DNA from: Candidatus Latescibacterota bacterium
GTDB lineage: Bacteria; Latescibacterota; UBA2968; UBA8231
Reading direction: 5' to 3'
Length of the DNA stretch: 64,000 nucleotides
NCBI GenBank assembly: GCA_965200315.1
Contig: OZ241362.1
Location: 2,272,001 to 2,336,000 of the forward strand
Shown here piece after piece: positions 8,573 to 18,816 of this stretch. A model generated the notes under the pieces. The model had not been told where the DNA came from and ran no database searches. It saw only the letters and a program-made list of their open reading frames with translations. Both the position numbers and the translations under genes were made by a program. The stretch's first letter is position 1, and each line of letters starts with the position of its first letter.

Positions 8573-9712
8573 CTACCAGTCTGCGACGCTGCCGTCGTTT
8601 TCGTAGTAGAGTTCGCCGCCCAGTTCCTCTGTGTACTCGATCGTCTTTTCCACCTCGGACTCGATCAGGTCAAACCCCAACCCCGGCTTGGTCGGCAGTT
8701 CGACGTGGCCGTCGACCACCTGCCACGGATCAACGAGCAACCCCTCACCCAATCCCTCGTCAACCTGTTCCTGCACGAGGAAATTGGGCACCACCGCATC
8801 AACCTGCATACAGGCGGAAAAGGCTACCGGGCCGATAGCGCAGTGCGGCATGATGTGGATGTAATAAACCTCGGCCATATTGGCGATCTTTTTCAGCTCG
8901 GTGATCCCGCCCGCGTGCGAGCCATCGGGTTGGATGTAGGAGACGGCCTGCTTTTCAAAAATCTCCCGGAACTCCCAGCGCGAGAGCAAGCGCTCGCCCG
9001 TGGCGATAGGGAAGGGCACGTGGTCGGAGACCTCCTTTAGCGCATCGACATTCTCCTGCGGGATCGGCTCTTCGACGAACATCGGCCGCATCCCCGCAAG
9101 CTGGCCACACACCTCAATGGCCAACCCCGGCGTCATCTTGCCGTGTAAGTCGAAGCATAGCTCTACCTCGTCGCCGACCCATTCGCGCATGGTGTAGGCG
9201 TCTTTGACAAACGCGTCGATTCGCGCCGGTGGCTCGTGGGCGCGCCACGTGCCCCCCGGCCCCGTCTTAAAAGCCGTGTAGCCTTTGGCCAACAGCATGT
9301 CGAGCCGCGCCCGCGCCGCTGTCAGCGCCTCGTCGGTCTGGCCGTGGATGCCCCAGTGTGCGTACACGCGAATCCGGTCGCGCACCGCACCGCCCAAGAG
9401 CATATAGGCGGGGACATCGTAGTGCTTGCCAGCGATGTCCCACAGCGCCTGATCGATGCCCGACAGCGCACTCATCAGCACATTGCCGCCGCGAAAAAAG
9501 GCCGAGCGATAGACGTGCTGCCAGTGGTGCTCAATGCGGAGCGGGTCCTTGCCGACGAAGTACTCGGCCAACTCTTCCACCGCCGCCCAAGTACTCTTGG
9601 GCTTGCCCTCCAGCGTGGTCTCACCCCAGCCGACTAGACCATTGTCCGTGGTAACTTTGACCAAGCGCATGCGCTGGCGCGGGAAAAACTGTTCGATCTT
9701 GGCGATCTTCAC
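8573..9712 (-). CDS. dgoD: Galactonate dehydratase-like enolase superfamily enzyme
   Basis: SGIDQALWDIAGK, DLHGK, FVEEP, IATGERL, QPD, PH and C-terminal DGSVADW motifs. Confidence 0.8.
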   Translation of the reverse strand: MKIAKIEQFFPRQRMRLVKVTTDNGLVGWGETTLEGKPKSTWAAVEELAEYFVGKDPLRIEHHWQHVYRSAFFRGGNVLMSALSGIDQALWDIAGKHYDVPAYMLLGGAVRDRIRVYAHWGIHGQTDEALTAARARLDMLLAKGYTAFKTGPGGTWRAHEPPARIDAFVKDAYTMREWVGDEVELCFDLHGKMTPGLAIEVCGQLAGMRPMFVEEPIPQENVDALKEVSDHVPFPIATGERLLSRWEFREIFEKQAVSYIQPDGSHAGGITELKKIANMAEVYYIHIMPHCAIGPVAFSACMQVDAVVPNFLVQEQVDEGLGEGLLVDPWQVVDGHVELPTKPGLGFDLIESEVEKTIEYTEELGGELYYENDGSVADW

Positions 9713-9727
9713 CGTCTAGTCCTTTCG

Positions 9728-11449
9728 TTAATGAGCCTCGCGCGTTACAACAGCACTCGACTTGCCGACCAAGAAGTCGAAGTCAACTCCTTTGTCGGCC
9801 TGCATCACGTGGTCGATATAGAGGCTGACGTAGCCCCGGGTATCGTGGGGTGCAGGAGGCTGCCAAGCCGCCCGGCGGCGCGCCAGCTCCTCGTCCGACA
9901 CGTCTAGGTGCAATCGCCGGCCCGCCACGTCGAGCTCGATCATGTCGCCAGCGCGCACTAGCGCCAGCGATCCGCCAATGGCCGCTTCAGGGGCCACGTG
10001 CAGGATCACAGTGCCGTAGGCCGTGCCGCTCATGCGGCCATCGGAAATGCGCACCATGTCCCGGACGCCCCTTTCCAGCAGCTTTTTCGGCAAGCCCATG
10101 TTGCCGACCTCGGCCATGCCTGGATAGCCGACCGGCCCGACGTTTTGCAACACCAGTACGCTCGATTCATCTACATCCAAATCGGGGCTGTCGATCCGTT
10201 CGTGATAGTCCTCAATCGTCTCAAAAACCACTGCTCGTCCGCGGTGCTGCATCAGCTCGGGCGAGGCGGCCGACGGCTTGATGATCGCCCCGTCCTCGCA
10301 AACATTGCCCAGCAGCACGGCCAAGCCCGCGGCCTCAATAAGCGGCGCGTCCAGCGGAGCGATCACGTCTCGATTGTAGCAGGCTGCCCCGGCGATATTC
10401 TCGCCGAGCGACTTACCCGTCGCCGTCAAAGCGTCTAGATGGAGGGAATCCTTCAACTCCTCAATTACCACCGGCAAGCCACCGGCGTAATAGAAATCCT
10501 CCATCAGATACTTGCCCGCGGGCATCAAATTGACCAATAGCGGCAGCGCGCTGCCGAGGCGGTCGAAGTCGTCCAAGGATAACTCGACGCCGACGCGCCC
10601 GGCCAGGGCCAGCAAGTGGACGACGCAATTGGTCGAACCGCCGATGGCCGCGTTGACCTTGATGGCATTCTCAAAGGCCGCACGCCCGAGAATGGCGGAC
10701 ATCTTGAGGTCTTCGCGCACCATCTCGACGATGCGCGACCCCGCCAGATGCGCCAGCACCTTGCGCCGCGAGTCCGGGGCCGGGATCGCCGCGCCGCCGG
10801 GCAGGGTCATGCCGAGGGCCTCGACCATACAGGCCATCGTCGATGCCGTGCCCATCGTCATGCAGTGCCCATCCGAGCGCGTCATGCCGGCCTCGGCCAG
10901 CCCGAATTCTTCGCGCGTCATCTTCCCGGCGCGAAAATCCTCGCTGAACTTCCACACGTCCGTCCCCGAACCAATATCGCTGCCGCGGTACTTGCCGTTG
11001 AGCATGGGGCCGCCGGGCACGGCAATCGTCGGCAGATCAACGCTGGCCGCCCCCATCAAGCACGCTGGCGTAGTCTTGTCGCACCCGGTCAGGAGCACCA
11101 CGCCGTCAACCGGGTTGGCGCGAATGCACTCCTCCACGTCCATGCTCGCCAAGTTGCGGAAGAGCATGGTCGTCGGGCGCATGATGGGCTCGCCTAGCGA
11201 GGTGACCGGGAATTCCACGGGCAACCCCCCGGCTTCGTACACGCCGCGCTTGACGACTTCGGCCAAGTCGCGGAAGTGGATGTTGCACGGCGTCAGCTCG
11301 GACCACGTGTTGCAGATGCCGATGACCGGGCGGCCGTCGAATTCGTGCTCGGGTAGGCCGCGCTTCATCCAACTGCGGTGAATGAAGCCGCCTTTGTCCT
11401 CGCGTCCAAACCAGTCGGCACTCCTCAGTTTCCCACGATCTGCTGCCAT
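9728..11449 (-). CDS. IlvD/Edd family sugar-acid dehydratase (L-arabinonate/xylonate type)
   Basis: NTWSELTPCN, GCDKTTP, GHCMTMGTASTM, GGSTN, ISDGRMSGTAYG, C-terminal His. Confidence 0.92.
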   Translation of the reverse strand: MAADRGKLRSADWFGREDKGGFIHRSWMKRGLPEHEFDGRPVIGICNTWSELTPCNIHFRDLAEVVKRGVYEAGGLPVEFPVTSLGEPIMRPTTMLFRNLASMDVEECIRANPVDGVVLLTGCDKTTPACLMGAASVDLPTIAVPGGPMLNGKYRGSDIGSGTDVWKFSEDFRAGKMTREEFGLAEAGMTRSDGHCMTMGTASTMACMVEALGMTLPGGAAIPAPDSRRKVLAHLAGSRIVEMVREDLKMSAILGRAAFENAIKVNAAIGGSTNCVVHLLALAGRVGVELSLDDFDRLGSALPLLVNLMPAGKYLMEDFYYAGGLPVVIEELKDSLHLDALTATGKSLGENIAGAACYNRDVIAPLDAPLIEAAGLAVLLGNVCEDGAIIKPSAASPELMQHRGRAVVFETIEDYHERIDSPDLDVDESSVLVLQNVGPVGYPGMAEVGNMGLPKKLLERGVRDMVRISDGRMSGTAYGTVILHVAPEAAIGGSLALVRAGDMIELDVAGRRLHLDVSDEELARRRAAWQPPAPHDTRGYVSLYIDHVMQADKGVDFDFLVGKSSAVVTREAH

Positions 11450-11615
11450 TAATTTTCCTCTGCTTTTATTTGTGCGCCCAGCGGCAAGGCAATCAATCTA
11501 GGCGATCTCCTCGCTCTCGCAATACTATATTTTGTTATAAGCCACTAGTTAATAACTTCTTGCGATTATTGGGTAACATGGTAAGTTCGAGTAAAACCCG
11601 CTTCTGAAAGACGAT

Positions 11616-12467
11616 ATGGAGCTCAAACGCATTGCCGTCATTGGGGCCGGCACTATGGGGCGCGGTATTGCCCAAGTTTTGGCCCAAGCGAGCAGGGAAG
11701 TCCTGCTCTACGACGCAGACTCCTGCGCCCGCGAACAGGGCCTCGCCACCATAGCCGCACGTCTGCGCCAACAAGCCGCTAAAGGTCGATTAGAGCCGGC
11801 CGCCAGCGAGGCGGCCATCGCCGCACTGCGGGGTATTGACCAGCTCGCCGACATCGGCACCGCCGACATGGTCATCGAAGCGGTCCCCGAGCGCCTAGAC
11901 CTCAAGCTCGCTGTCTTTGCCCAACTCGGACAATTGGCCGGGTCAGAAGCCATCCTCGCCAGCAACAGCTCCGGCTTGGATATCGACGCTCTGGCCGCCG
12001 CGTCCGAGCGGCCAGACAAGGTAATTGGCATGCACTTCTTCAACCCGCCCCCGACCATGCCCCTAGTTGAAGTAGTGCGTACAACCGCGACCTCGGACGC
12101 GACTTTTACCGCAGTCATGACTTTGGCCCAAGGCCTAGGCAAGACTCCCGTCGCAGTCGCCAATAGCCCTGGTTTTGCGGTCAACCGCATCCTCTTTCCC
12201 ATGATCAACGAGGCTATCTACGCCCTCGCCGAAGGCGTGGCCAGCGCCGAAGACATCGACCGGGTGATGGTGCTAGGAGCGAGCCATCCCATAGGGCCGC
12301 TGGCCTTGGCCGACTATGTGGGACTCGACGTGACCTTGGATATCCTCAAATCGTTTGCCCAGCGTCTAGACAACGCCAAATACCGCCCTTGCCCCCTGCT
12401 GCGCGAGATGGTCGCGCAGGGCGCGTTGGGCCGCAAGACGGGTCGGGGGTTTTTCTCCTACTCGTGA
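11616..12467 (+). CDS. 3-hydroxybutyryl-CoA/3-hydroxyacyl-CoA dehydrogenase
   Basis: IGAGTMGRGIAQ, IEAVPE, GMHFFNP, PGFAVNR, LGRKTGRGFF. Confidence 0.93.
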   Translation: MELKRIAVIGAGTMGRGIAQVLAQASREVLLYDADSCAREQGLATIAARLRQQAAKGRLEPAASEAAIAALRGIDQLADIGTADMVIEAVPERLDLKLAVFAQLGQLAGSEAILASNSSGLDIDALAAASERPDKVIGMHFFNPPPTMPLVEVVRTTATSDATFTAVMTLAQGLGKTPVAVANSPGFAVNRILFPMINEAIYALAEGVASAEDIDRVMVLGASHPIGPLALADYVGLDVTLDILKSFAQRLDNAKYRPCPLLREMVAQGALGRKTGRGFFSYS

Positions 12468-12480
12468 TAACGGGGCGCCG

Positions 12481-12990
12481 ATGTTGCACCTCCTTATCCT
12501 CTTGGGCCTGCTGGTCACCTGTAGCTGCTCAATCCGCTCGGCACCGCGCTATACCGCCGATTCCACGGATTCGGACAGCGTGGCGCGCGAACTCAAAGAT
12601 CGCCGCCGTGCCAGCCCCAACCGCCTCGCTCGCGTCGTCGAAGGCTATCTCGGTGTCCCCTACAAGTGGGGCGGCACCACTCGCGCTGGCATGGACTGCT
12701 CGGCCTTTGCCCGCGCCATTTTCCGCCAGACTTATGGCATCGAACTCCCTCGCACCACTAGGCAGCTATACAGCATCGGCCGCACCGTCAGCCGCCGGCA
12801 GGATCTCAAACCAGGGGATCTGGTTTTCTTTAGGAATACCTTCTCAGGCCCGGGCGTTTCCCACGTTGGGATTTATCTCGGCAAGAGGCGTTTCGCCCAT
12901 GCGGGCGTGAGCACCGGCGCGACCATTACCTCGCTCGACCACCCTTATTTCCGCCTCCGCTATGCCGGTGCTCGGCGCGTCGAGCACTGA
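12481..12990 (+). CDS. NlpC/P60 (C40) cell-wall peptidase, probable lipoprotein
   Basis: LGVPYKWGG, DCSAF, PGDLVFF, HVGIY, FAHA; hydrophobic N-terminus with Cys. Confidence 0.93.
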   Translation: MLHLLILLGLLVTCSCSIRSAPRYTADSTDSDSVARELKDRRRASPNRLARVVEGYLGVPYKWGGTTRAGMDCSAFARAIFRQTYGIELPRTTRQLYSIGRTVSRRQDLKPGDLVFFRNTFSGPGVSHVGIYLGKRRFAHAGVSTGATITSLDHPYFRLRYAGARRVEH

Positions 12991-12991
12991 C

Positions 12992-14296
12992 GTGTCCATC
13001 CGCCTACTGCTGCTCGCTGGTGCCATTGAAGCCTGCTGTTGCTATCTGGTCTCCCTCGGCGACCTCCAGCGCCAAATACCACAGATGTGGGCTGGCGTCT
13101 TTCCTGCTTTTCTCTGCTACGCGCTCGCCGCGCATTTCATCCTACGGCGCGATGCGCCTACGGGACAGCTACACCTGATTCTCGGGGCCGCGCTCGTCTT
13201 CCGCCTGACGCTGTGGTGGAGCCCGGCCACGCTCTCGGACGACATTTTCCGCTACGTCTGGGACGGTCGCGTCCAGCTAGCCGGCATCAACCCGTACCTC
13301 TACGCGCCCTCAGCACCCCAAGTAGAGCACCTGCGCGACGCGCTCTACCACAGCGTCAACCACACCGCCATTTCCACGATCTACCCACCGCTGGCGCAGC
13401 TTTTCTTTCGCACTATTTGCACGCTAAGCGCGACGCCGGCCGCATTCAAATTGGCCCTGCTGCTCTGCGATTGGGGCCTCTGCCTGCTTTTGGCACACAG
13501 CCTCGTCCGGCGCGGCCAAGACCCGCGCCGCGTCGTGCTCTACGCTTGGAATCCCCTGCCCTTAATAGAAGTCGCCGGCAGCGGCCACATCGACGCGCTC
13601 GGCGTCCTGCTCCTCTTCGCGGCTCTGTACGCACTCCACAGCCAGCGCTGGGCCGCTGCCGTCTGCGCCCTCGCCGGGGCCTTTCTCGTCAAACTGGTGC
13701 CCCTCGTGCTGGTGCCCACTTTTTGGCGTCGTCCTCGCGCCGACTGGTTCAACCTCCGCAAGCGGAGTGCGCTGCTTCTGTTTCCAACGCTGGGGGTATT
13801 GGCCTTTTGGCTCTTTGCCGACGCCGGGGAAAAACTCGCGACGGGCCTGCTGACCTATGTGCAACACTGGCACTTCAACGCGGCGGCCTACTCGCTCTTT
13901 CGCCTTGCCTTACAGCCGTGGGATGGGCACGCCTACGCGCACGCTCGCTGGCTCTGCACGGCCCTTTTCGCCTTGATAGCCCTCGGCGTCCAAATCCGCT
14001 ACTGCGATCCCTACCGCGCCGCCTTCGCAACCCTCGGTGCTTACGTCTTGCTCTCGCCGACCGTGCATCCCTGGTACTTGCTTTGGGTCCTCCCGTTCCT
14101 CGCCTTTTTTCCCTACCCCGCTTGGATGCTCCTCAGCGGCTTGATCTTTCTCGCTTACGAGGTGCAGATCGGCTATGGCAGCGAAGGCGTGTGGCGCGAA
14201 AAGCCGTGGGTTCTATGGGCGCAATACGCGCCTTTTTATCTGCTCCTCGGCGTTGCGGCCTGCCATAGACGCCTCATGGGGCACCGCGACGATTAG
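12992..14296 (+). CDS. GT-C fold membrane glycosyltransferase (GT87/DUF2029-like)
   Basis: SDDIFRYVWDG...NPY, TIYPP, WNPL..E.AGSGHID, HPWYLLW; start could be ATG 12962. Confidence 0.82.
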   Translation: MSIRLLLLAGAIEACCCYLVSLGDLQRQIPQMWAGVFPAFLCYALAAHFILRRDAPTGQLHLILGAALVFRLTLWWSPATLSDDIFRYVWDGRVQLAGINPYLYAPSAPQVEHLRDALYHSVNHTAISTIYPPLAQLFFRTICTLSATPAAFKLALLLCDWGLCLLLAHSLVRRGQDPRRVVLYAWNPLPLIEVAGSGHIDALGVLLLFAALYALHSQRWAAAVCALAGAFLVKLVPLVLVPTFWRRPRADWFNLRKRSALLLFPTLGVLAFWLFADAGEKLATGLLTYVQHWHFNAAAYSLFRLALQPWDGHAYAHARWLCTALFALIALGVQIRYCDPYRAAFATLGAYVLLSPTVHPWYLLWVLPFLAFFPYPAWMLLSGLIFLAYEVQIGYGSEGVWREKPWVLWAQYAPFYLLLGVAACHRRLMGHRDD

Positions 14297-14645
14297 CCAG
14301 CAGACGCGCGATCCCGGGGCCCGCCGTGGCCACGCAAAGGGCAGGTGCATTAGAGCGAAAACAGTGAGAAAGATGGCGGAGACGACCGCTAGGAAGAGCC
14401 CGTGCGGGTAGGCGTGGATAAAGGCGAGCTGTTTCGGTGCCGAGAGCGTAAAAAAATAATTGGTCCCGAGATAGAGGTTGAGCGGGGTACTGGCCAAGGC
14501 GTAGAGATCGACGGCGACATAGCTGCGCAGGATCGCCCGCGCCGACGGGCGGTAGCAGCACCCAAAGGTGAAATAGAACCCCGCGCCGACCAAGGCGACA
14601 TGGGTCAGGAAATAGCGGATCTCGGCGATGAGGTGATGTAGAGCG
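14213..14645 (-). pseudogene. C-terminal fragment of a YwaF/TP0381-like integral membrane protein
   Basis: YFLTHVALV...RP...PLNLYLGTNYFFTL..P pattern; in-frame upstream stop with no suitable start; 3' end runs into the convergent gene. Confidence 0.45.
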
Positions 14646-15001
14646 CCCTGCGGCCGCCCGAAAGAACTCGATTCAGCATAGATCGCCCGTTTTATGCGCT
14701 ATATAGCCGCCCGCATTGCCTGCATTAAATATGGTTAATTCACAGATGGGGTGCTACCAACCCGCATAGCTTGCGGAGGACCGCCAGCGGGCCCAAGCGC
14801 CCCCTTGCGGCGTCTAGTCTAAATACATAACGCGCCTTTTTACCTGCTCTTATTTATGCGGCACCGAACTAGCTCATTGCCGGATGAGAACAGATGGCTC
14901 GTGGAGTCACAAGTGCGGAAAATAGTTCAAAGTGTTTCTGTTTGTTATATTCTCTTGATGGATGATGGCGCAAGGCGATAACGACCTCGCGCCTAAGAAA
15001 G

Positions 15002-15589
15002 TTGCACGTGAATTGCTCTGTAAAAAATACCTTGCGCCTCGTGGCCTTTGGCTTAGGTGCGCTGTGTCTGCACGGCTGTCTGGAGCTGGTGCGCAGGCCG
15101 CCAGCGGGCGAACCCATCGGCTACGATCAAGTCCCAGTCGCCGACACCACAGCCACGAGCGCGGCACCCCTCCAACCCATGCCAACGCTAGTCGTCATAG
15201 AGCGCCCCAAGCGCTCGCGCCAGCAGCTACAAGACATCGAGCAGGTCAATAAATACGCGCTCTGGTGCATTGAGAACGCCATGTGGAACGAGGCCCAATC
15301 GCACATGGAACGCGCCCTAGAGCAAGACAGCTTGTCGGCCAGCCTGCACAACAACCTCGGGGTCATCTATGAGCGGCTCGGCATGACCGACAAAGCCGCT
15401 GAATTCTACGGCCGGGCGCGGGCCCTCAACCCGGCCCAAGAAGCTTATACAGCCAACTTGCGCTACTTGCAACAATACCAGCAGGCCAGCCTCGACTCTA
15501 CAGACTCACTTGATATATTCAAATTAGACCGTGGCCAACCACCGCGGACCAGACGCCCGGACCATTCGCCTACATCTACGGGAGAGTAA
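15002..15589 (+). CDS. TPR-containing lipoprotein
   Basis: Lipobox LHGC; SLHNNLGVIYERLG...A..FY.RARALNP TPR motif. Confidence 0.8.
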   Translation: MHVNCSVKNTLRLVAFGLGALCLHGCLELVRRPPAGEPIGYDQVPVADTTATSAAPLQPMPTLVVIERPKRSRQQLQDIEQVNKYALWCIENAMWNEAQSHMERALEQDSLSASLHNNLGVIYERLGMTDKAAEFYGRARALNPAQEAYTANLRYLQQYQQASLDSTDSLDIFKLDRGQPPRTRRPDHSPTSTGE

Positions 15590-15591
15590 AC

Positions 15592-18500
15592 GTGCAGGCT
15601 ATAACGAAATTCCGCAGCCTCGCCTGCGCCGCCCTGCTCGTTTGGGGCACCGCAGACCTCGGTGCCCAAGACATCCTCACCTTGCAGTTACAGCAGGGGT
15701 TCGGGAAAAACAAGGTCCGCTACCGAGACTTCCAATGGGAGATTCTCGAAAGCGAGCACATAGAGCTTCACTTTGAGTCCGAATTCCAGAATCTGGCCGT
15801 GCAGGCGATCGAGTACCTCGAAGAGGGCTACGAGCACATCAGCCAAATTTTGCACCACGACCTTTCGCACCGGCCGCCGGTTGTCATCTATCAGTCTCAC
15901 TACCAGTTCCAGCAGACCAATATCTTTCCCGACTTTCTGCCGCCTGGCGTCGCCGGCTTTGCCGAGCCTTTGCGCTTTCGCATGGTCGTCCCCTTTGCGG
16001 GCGACCTCGACGAGTTCCGCAATGTCCTCGTCCACGAGCTAACCCACATTTTCCAGTACGACATCGTTCACAAAGGCCCCATCCGCCGCATCACCAGTCC
16101 AATCGCTCAGCCGCCCACTTGGCTCATGGAGGGCATGGCCGAATACACCACCCCGGGCCGCAACACGGTCGATGAAATGGTCCTCCGCGACGCCGTGCTC
16201 ACCGACGGCCTCATCCCCCTCGAAACCATGAATCAGGTTTGGGGCCAAGGCAACGTATTCCTCGCATACAAGCAGAGCCACGCGCTCATGGAATACATTG
16301 CCCAGCAGTACGGCCCCGAAAAAATCAGCCGCATCCTCCGTCTGTGGGATAGCCAGCACGACTCCGACAAGCTCATGGATCGCCTGATCGGCATGGACTT
16401 GAAAACCCTCGACGAGCGCTGGTCGGCCCAGATGCGCAAAACCTACTGGCCCCTCTTGCAGACGCGCGACTACACCTCTGAATTCGCCGAAAAAGTAGGC
16501 GACGACGAGAATACTCACAGCTTCTCCAGCGCCTGCTGGTCGCTCAGCGGCGACATGCTTGCCGTCCACTCCTCAGACGGGATCGAACAGCACGTGGACA
16601 TCATCCGCCTGCACGACGCCTCGCTCGTCGAGCGCGTCACCGAGAGCATGCGCGCCGCCGACTACGATCACCTCAGCATCGGCAGCGGCACCGTGGCTTG
16701 GGCACAAGACGGCCAGACCATCGCCTTTGTCGCCAAAGAAGGCCCCCGCGACCGCATCATGCTGTGGGATCTCTACGACAAGAAACTCGTGCAGACCCTG
16801 ACCATGCCCGATATGGATCTCATCGAGAGCCTAACCTGGTCCCCCGATAGCCGCCAACTCGCCTTTATCGGCATCGGACAGGGACAGAGCGATCTCTACA
16901 TCATTGACGTGCAGACCGGCGAGCGGCGCCAGATCACAGGCACGCCCGAGCGCGAAGACTATCCGAACTGGTCGCCCGATGGCCAGCGCATCGCCTTTAG
17001 CACCAAGTACCGCAACCAGTTCGACATTAAAATTTACGATCTAACCGAGAAGGTGGCGCACCCGGCCATTTCTAGCCCCACCGACGACCTGTGGCCTCAG
17101 TGGCTGCCCGAAGGCAACAAGTTGCTCTTCGTCTCCACCCGCGACAAGATCAACGATCTCTTCGTCTATCACCTCGACGAGGGCCGCGAATTTCGCCTGA
17201 CCCGCAGCCTCAGCGGCATCATGAACCCTACCCTCTCGCCCGACGGGCGGCAGATCGTGTTCAACACCTACTTCAAGGGCCGCAGCTATCTCTACCGGAT
17301 GGCCATGCCCGAATGGCCCGAGGTCAAGCGCAAAGACGCACAGCTACTGGCGCACGTGGCCGAAACAGCACCATCAGTCGAAGCAGCACCACCAGCCGAA
17401 GCAGCACCACCAGCCGAAGCAGCGCCGTTAACTGAAGCAGCACCATCAGCCGAAGCAGCGCCGCAAGCCACCGAGGCCCTAGCTATAATGCAACCCGTTG
17501 TAGAGGGCGACGCTGTGCTCTCCGACCAAGACGGGACCCCAGGCCTAGGGCAGGTCTCGGCCCCCGAGGACCCGGAACTTCCGGACGACGCCGTGCTCCT
17601 AGCCGGGGCCAGCGGCCCGTTGCCGCCCACCGACGCCCAAGAGCCGCAAGCCGCTGTCCAGCTCGCTGCCGACGACAGCGACGACGGCGAATTGGAACTG
17701 AGCCGTCGCCGCTACACTCCCAAGCTCGAATTCGACGGCATCTCCGTGCAGATGGGCTATTTCGATGGATTCTTATCGTCAATTGCCCAACTGAGCATGA
17801 GCGACCTTTTGGGCAATCACTCGCTGGTATTGGCCACGGATTACGTAGCTGCACAGGATATTAGCAATGACTTCAACTTTGCCGCTAGCTACAAATACTA
17901 CGGTAAGCGGCCCACATACTACGTATCCATTTTTAATTGGAACCAGTACTTCATCAACAACCGCCAGTTCATCGTCCCAGGTCGCTCGGCGACGCGGGGC
18001 ATTAGCCGTCTCCAGCAGCGCGGTGCGCTGGCCAACGCCAGCTATCCGCTCGACCTGTACCGCCGCCTCGACCTGAGCTATACCTATGTCGGTGAGCAAA
18101 AAGAACAGATCAGTCCCTTCTACGAGCCAGATTCTACTGCTACTAGTACTCATCTGTTCAAGACCGCATACGTCCACGACTCCATTACCTACGGTCTTTT
18201 GGGTGCCACCGCTGGCAAGCGCTACTTTCTCTCGGTGGGGCGCACGCTCAGCCTTGGCTCAACCACGCGCTCTTTCTCGCACCTCGAATTCGACTATCGC
18301 CACTACTTGCGGCTGGGGCGTTGGTCGGTGCTGGGCCTGCGAGCCTATAGCGTGGGGTCTTTGGGCCGCGACGCCCTCGAATACAACCTAGGAGGGCCGA
18401 CTTGGTATCTGCCCTTCTACACGGGCTTCAACCTCAATACTGGCCCGCTGCGTGGCTACCAGTTCTCGGCCTTCACCGGCAGCCGGGTCTTGCTGACCAA

Positions 18501-18816
18501 TGTCGAGTTGCGCGTTCCCTTTGTGCGCGGCATCCTCTTTGGCTGGCCCGGCACCTTCCTGATTCCGGCAGTTGATGGCAGCCTGTTCATGGATATGGGC
18601 ATGGCTTGGAACGAGGGAGACGAAATCGATCTGTGGCCCTTCCACAATCCACACGCCGCACCTACATCCGACCCGCGGCAGGTACGCGCCAGCATCGGCT
18701 TTGGCCTCTTAGTGTACTTTTTGCTGCCGATGAACTTTGAATTTGCCAGGCAGATGGACCTACAAGGCAACTTCTCGGACTTCAAGTTTCACTTCAGTTT
18801 TGGACAGAGCTTTTGA
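15592..18816 (+). CDS. Omp85/BamA-like barrel protein with N-terminal gluzincin peptidase and PD40/TolB-like propeller
   Basis: Signal peptide, FGKNKVRY, HELTH plus EGMAEY, repeated WSPDG, LRGY loop motif, C-terminal FSFGQSF. Confidence 0.85.
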   Translation: MQAITKFRSLACAALLVWGTADLGAQDILTLQLQQGFGKNKVRYRDFQWEILESEHIELHFESEFQNLAVQAIEYLEEGYEHISQILHHDLSHRPPVVIYQSHYQFQQTNIFPDFLPPGVAGFAEPLRFRMVVPFAGDLDEFRNVLVHELTHIFQYDIVHKGPIRRITSPIAQPPTWLMEGMAEYTTPGRNTVDEMVLRDAVLTDGLIPLETMNQVWGQGNVFLAYKQSHALMEYIAQQYGPEKISRILRLWDSQHDSDKLMDRLIGMDLKTLDERWSAQMRKTYWPLLQTRDYTSEFAEKVGDDENTHSFSSACWSLSGDMLAVHSSDGIEQHVDIIRLHDASLVERVTESMRAADYDHLSIGSGTVAWAQDGQTIAFVAKEGPRDRIMLWDLYDKKLVQTLTMPDMDLIESLTWSPDSRQLAFIGIGQGQSDLYIIDVQTGERRQITGTPEREDYPNWSPDGQRIAFSTKYRNQFDIKIYDLTEKVAHPAISSPTDDLWPQWLPEGNKLLFVSTRDKINDLFVYHLDEGREFRLTRSLSGIMNPTLSPDGRQIVFNTYFKGRSYLYRMAMPEWPEVKRKDAQLLAHVAETAPSVEAAPPAEAAPPAEAAPLTEAAPSAEAAPQATEALAIMQPVVEGDAVLSDQDGTPGLGQVSAPEDPELPDDAVLLAGASGPLPPTDAQEPQAAVQLAADDSDDGELELSRRRYTPKLEFDGISVQMGYFDGFLSSIAQLSMSDLLGNHSLVLATDYVAAQDISNDFNFAASYKYYGKRPTYYVSIFNWNQYFINNRQFIVPGRSATRGISRLQQRGALANASYPLDLYRRLDLSYTYVGEQKEQISPFYEPDSTATSTHLFKTAYVHDSITYGLLGATAGKRYFLSVGRTLSLGSTTRSFSHLEFDYRHYLRLGRWSVLGLRAYSVGSLGRDALEYNLGGPTWYLPFYTGFNLNTGPLRGYQFSAFTGSRVLLTNVELRVPFVRGILFGWPGTFLIPAVDGSLFMDMGMAWNEGDEIDLWPFHNPHAAPTSDPRQVRASIGFGLLVYFLLPMNFEFARQMDLQGNFSDFKFHFSFGQSF
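17362..17469 (+). repeat. Six 18-bp tandem repeats encoding an EAAPxA linker
   Basis: GAAGCAGCACCACCAGCC-like units at 17362, 17380, 17398, 17416, 17434, 17452. Confidence 0.9.

Noticed and set aside
10512-11381. 289-aa antisense ORF
   Set aside because: Mirror frame of the IlvD-family dehydratase.
13039-14268. 409-aa alternative-frame ORF
   Set aside because: Arg/Pro-rich shadow ORF overlapping the glycosyltransferase, typical of high-GC DNA.
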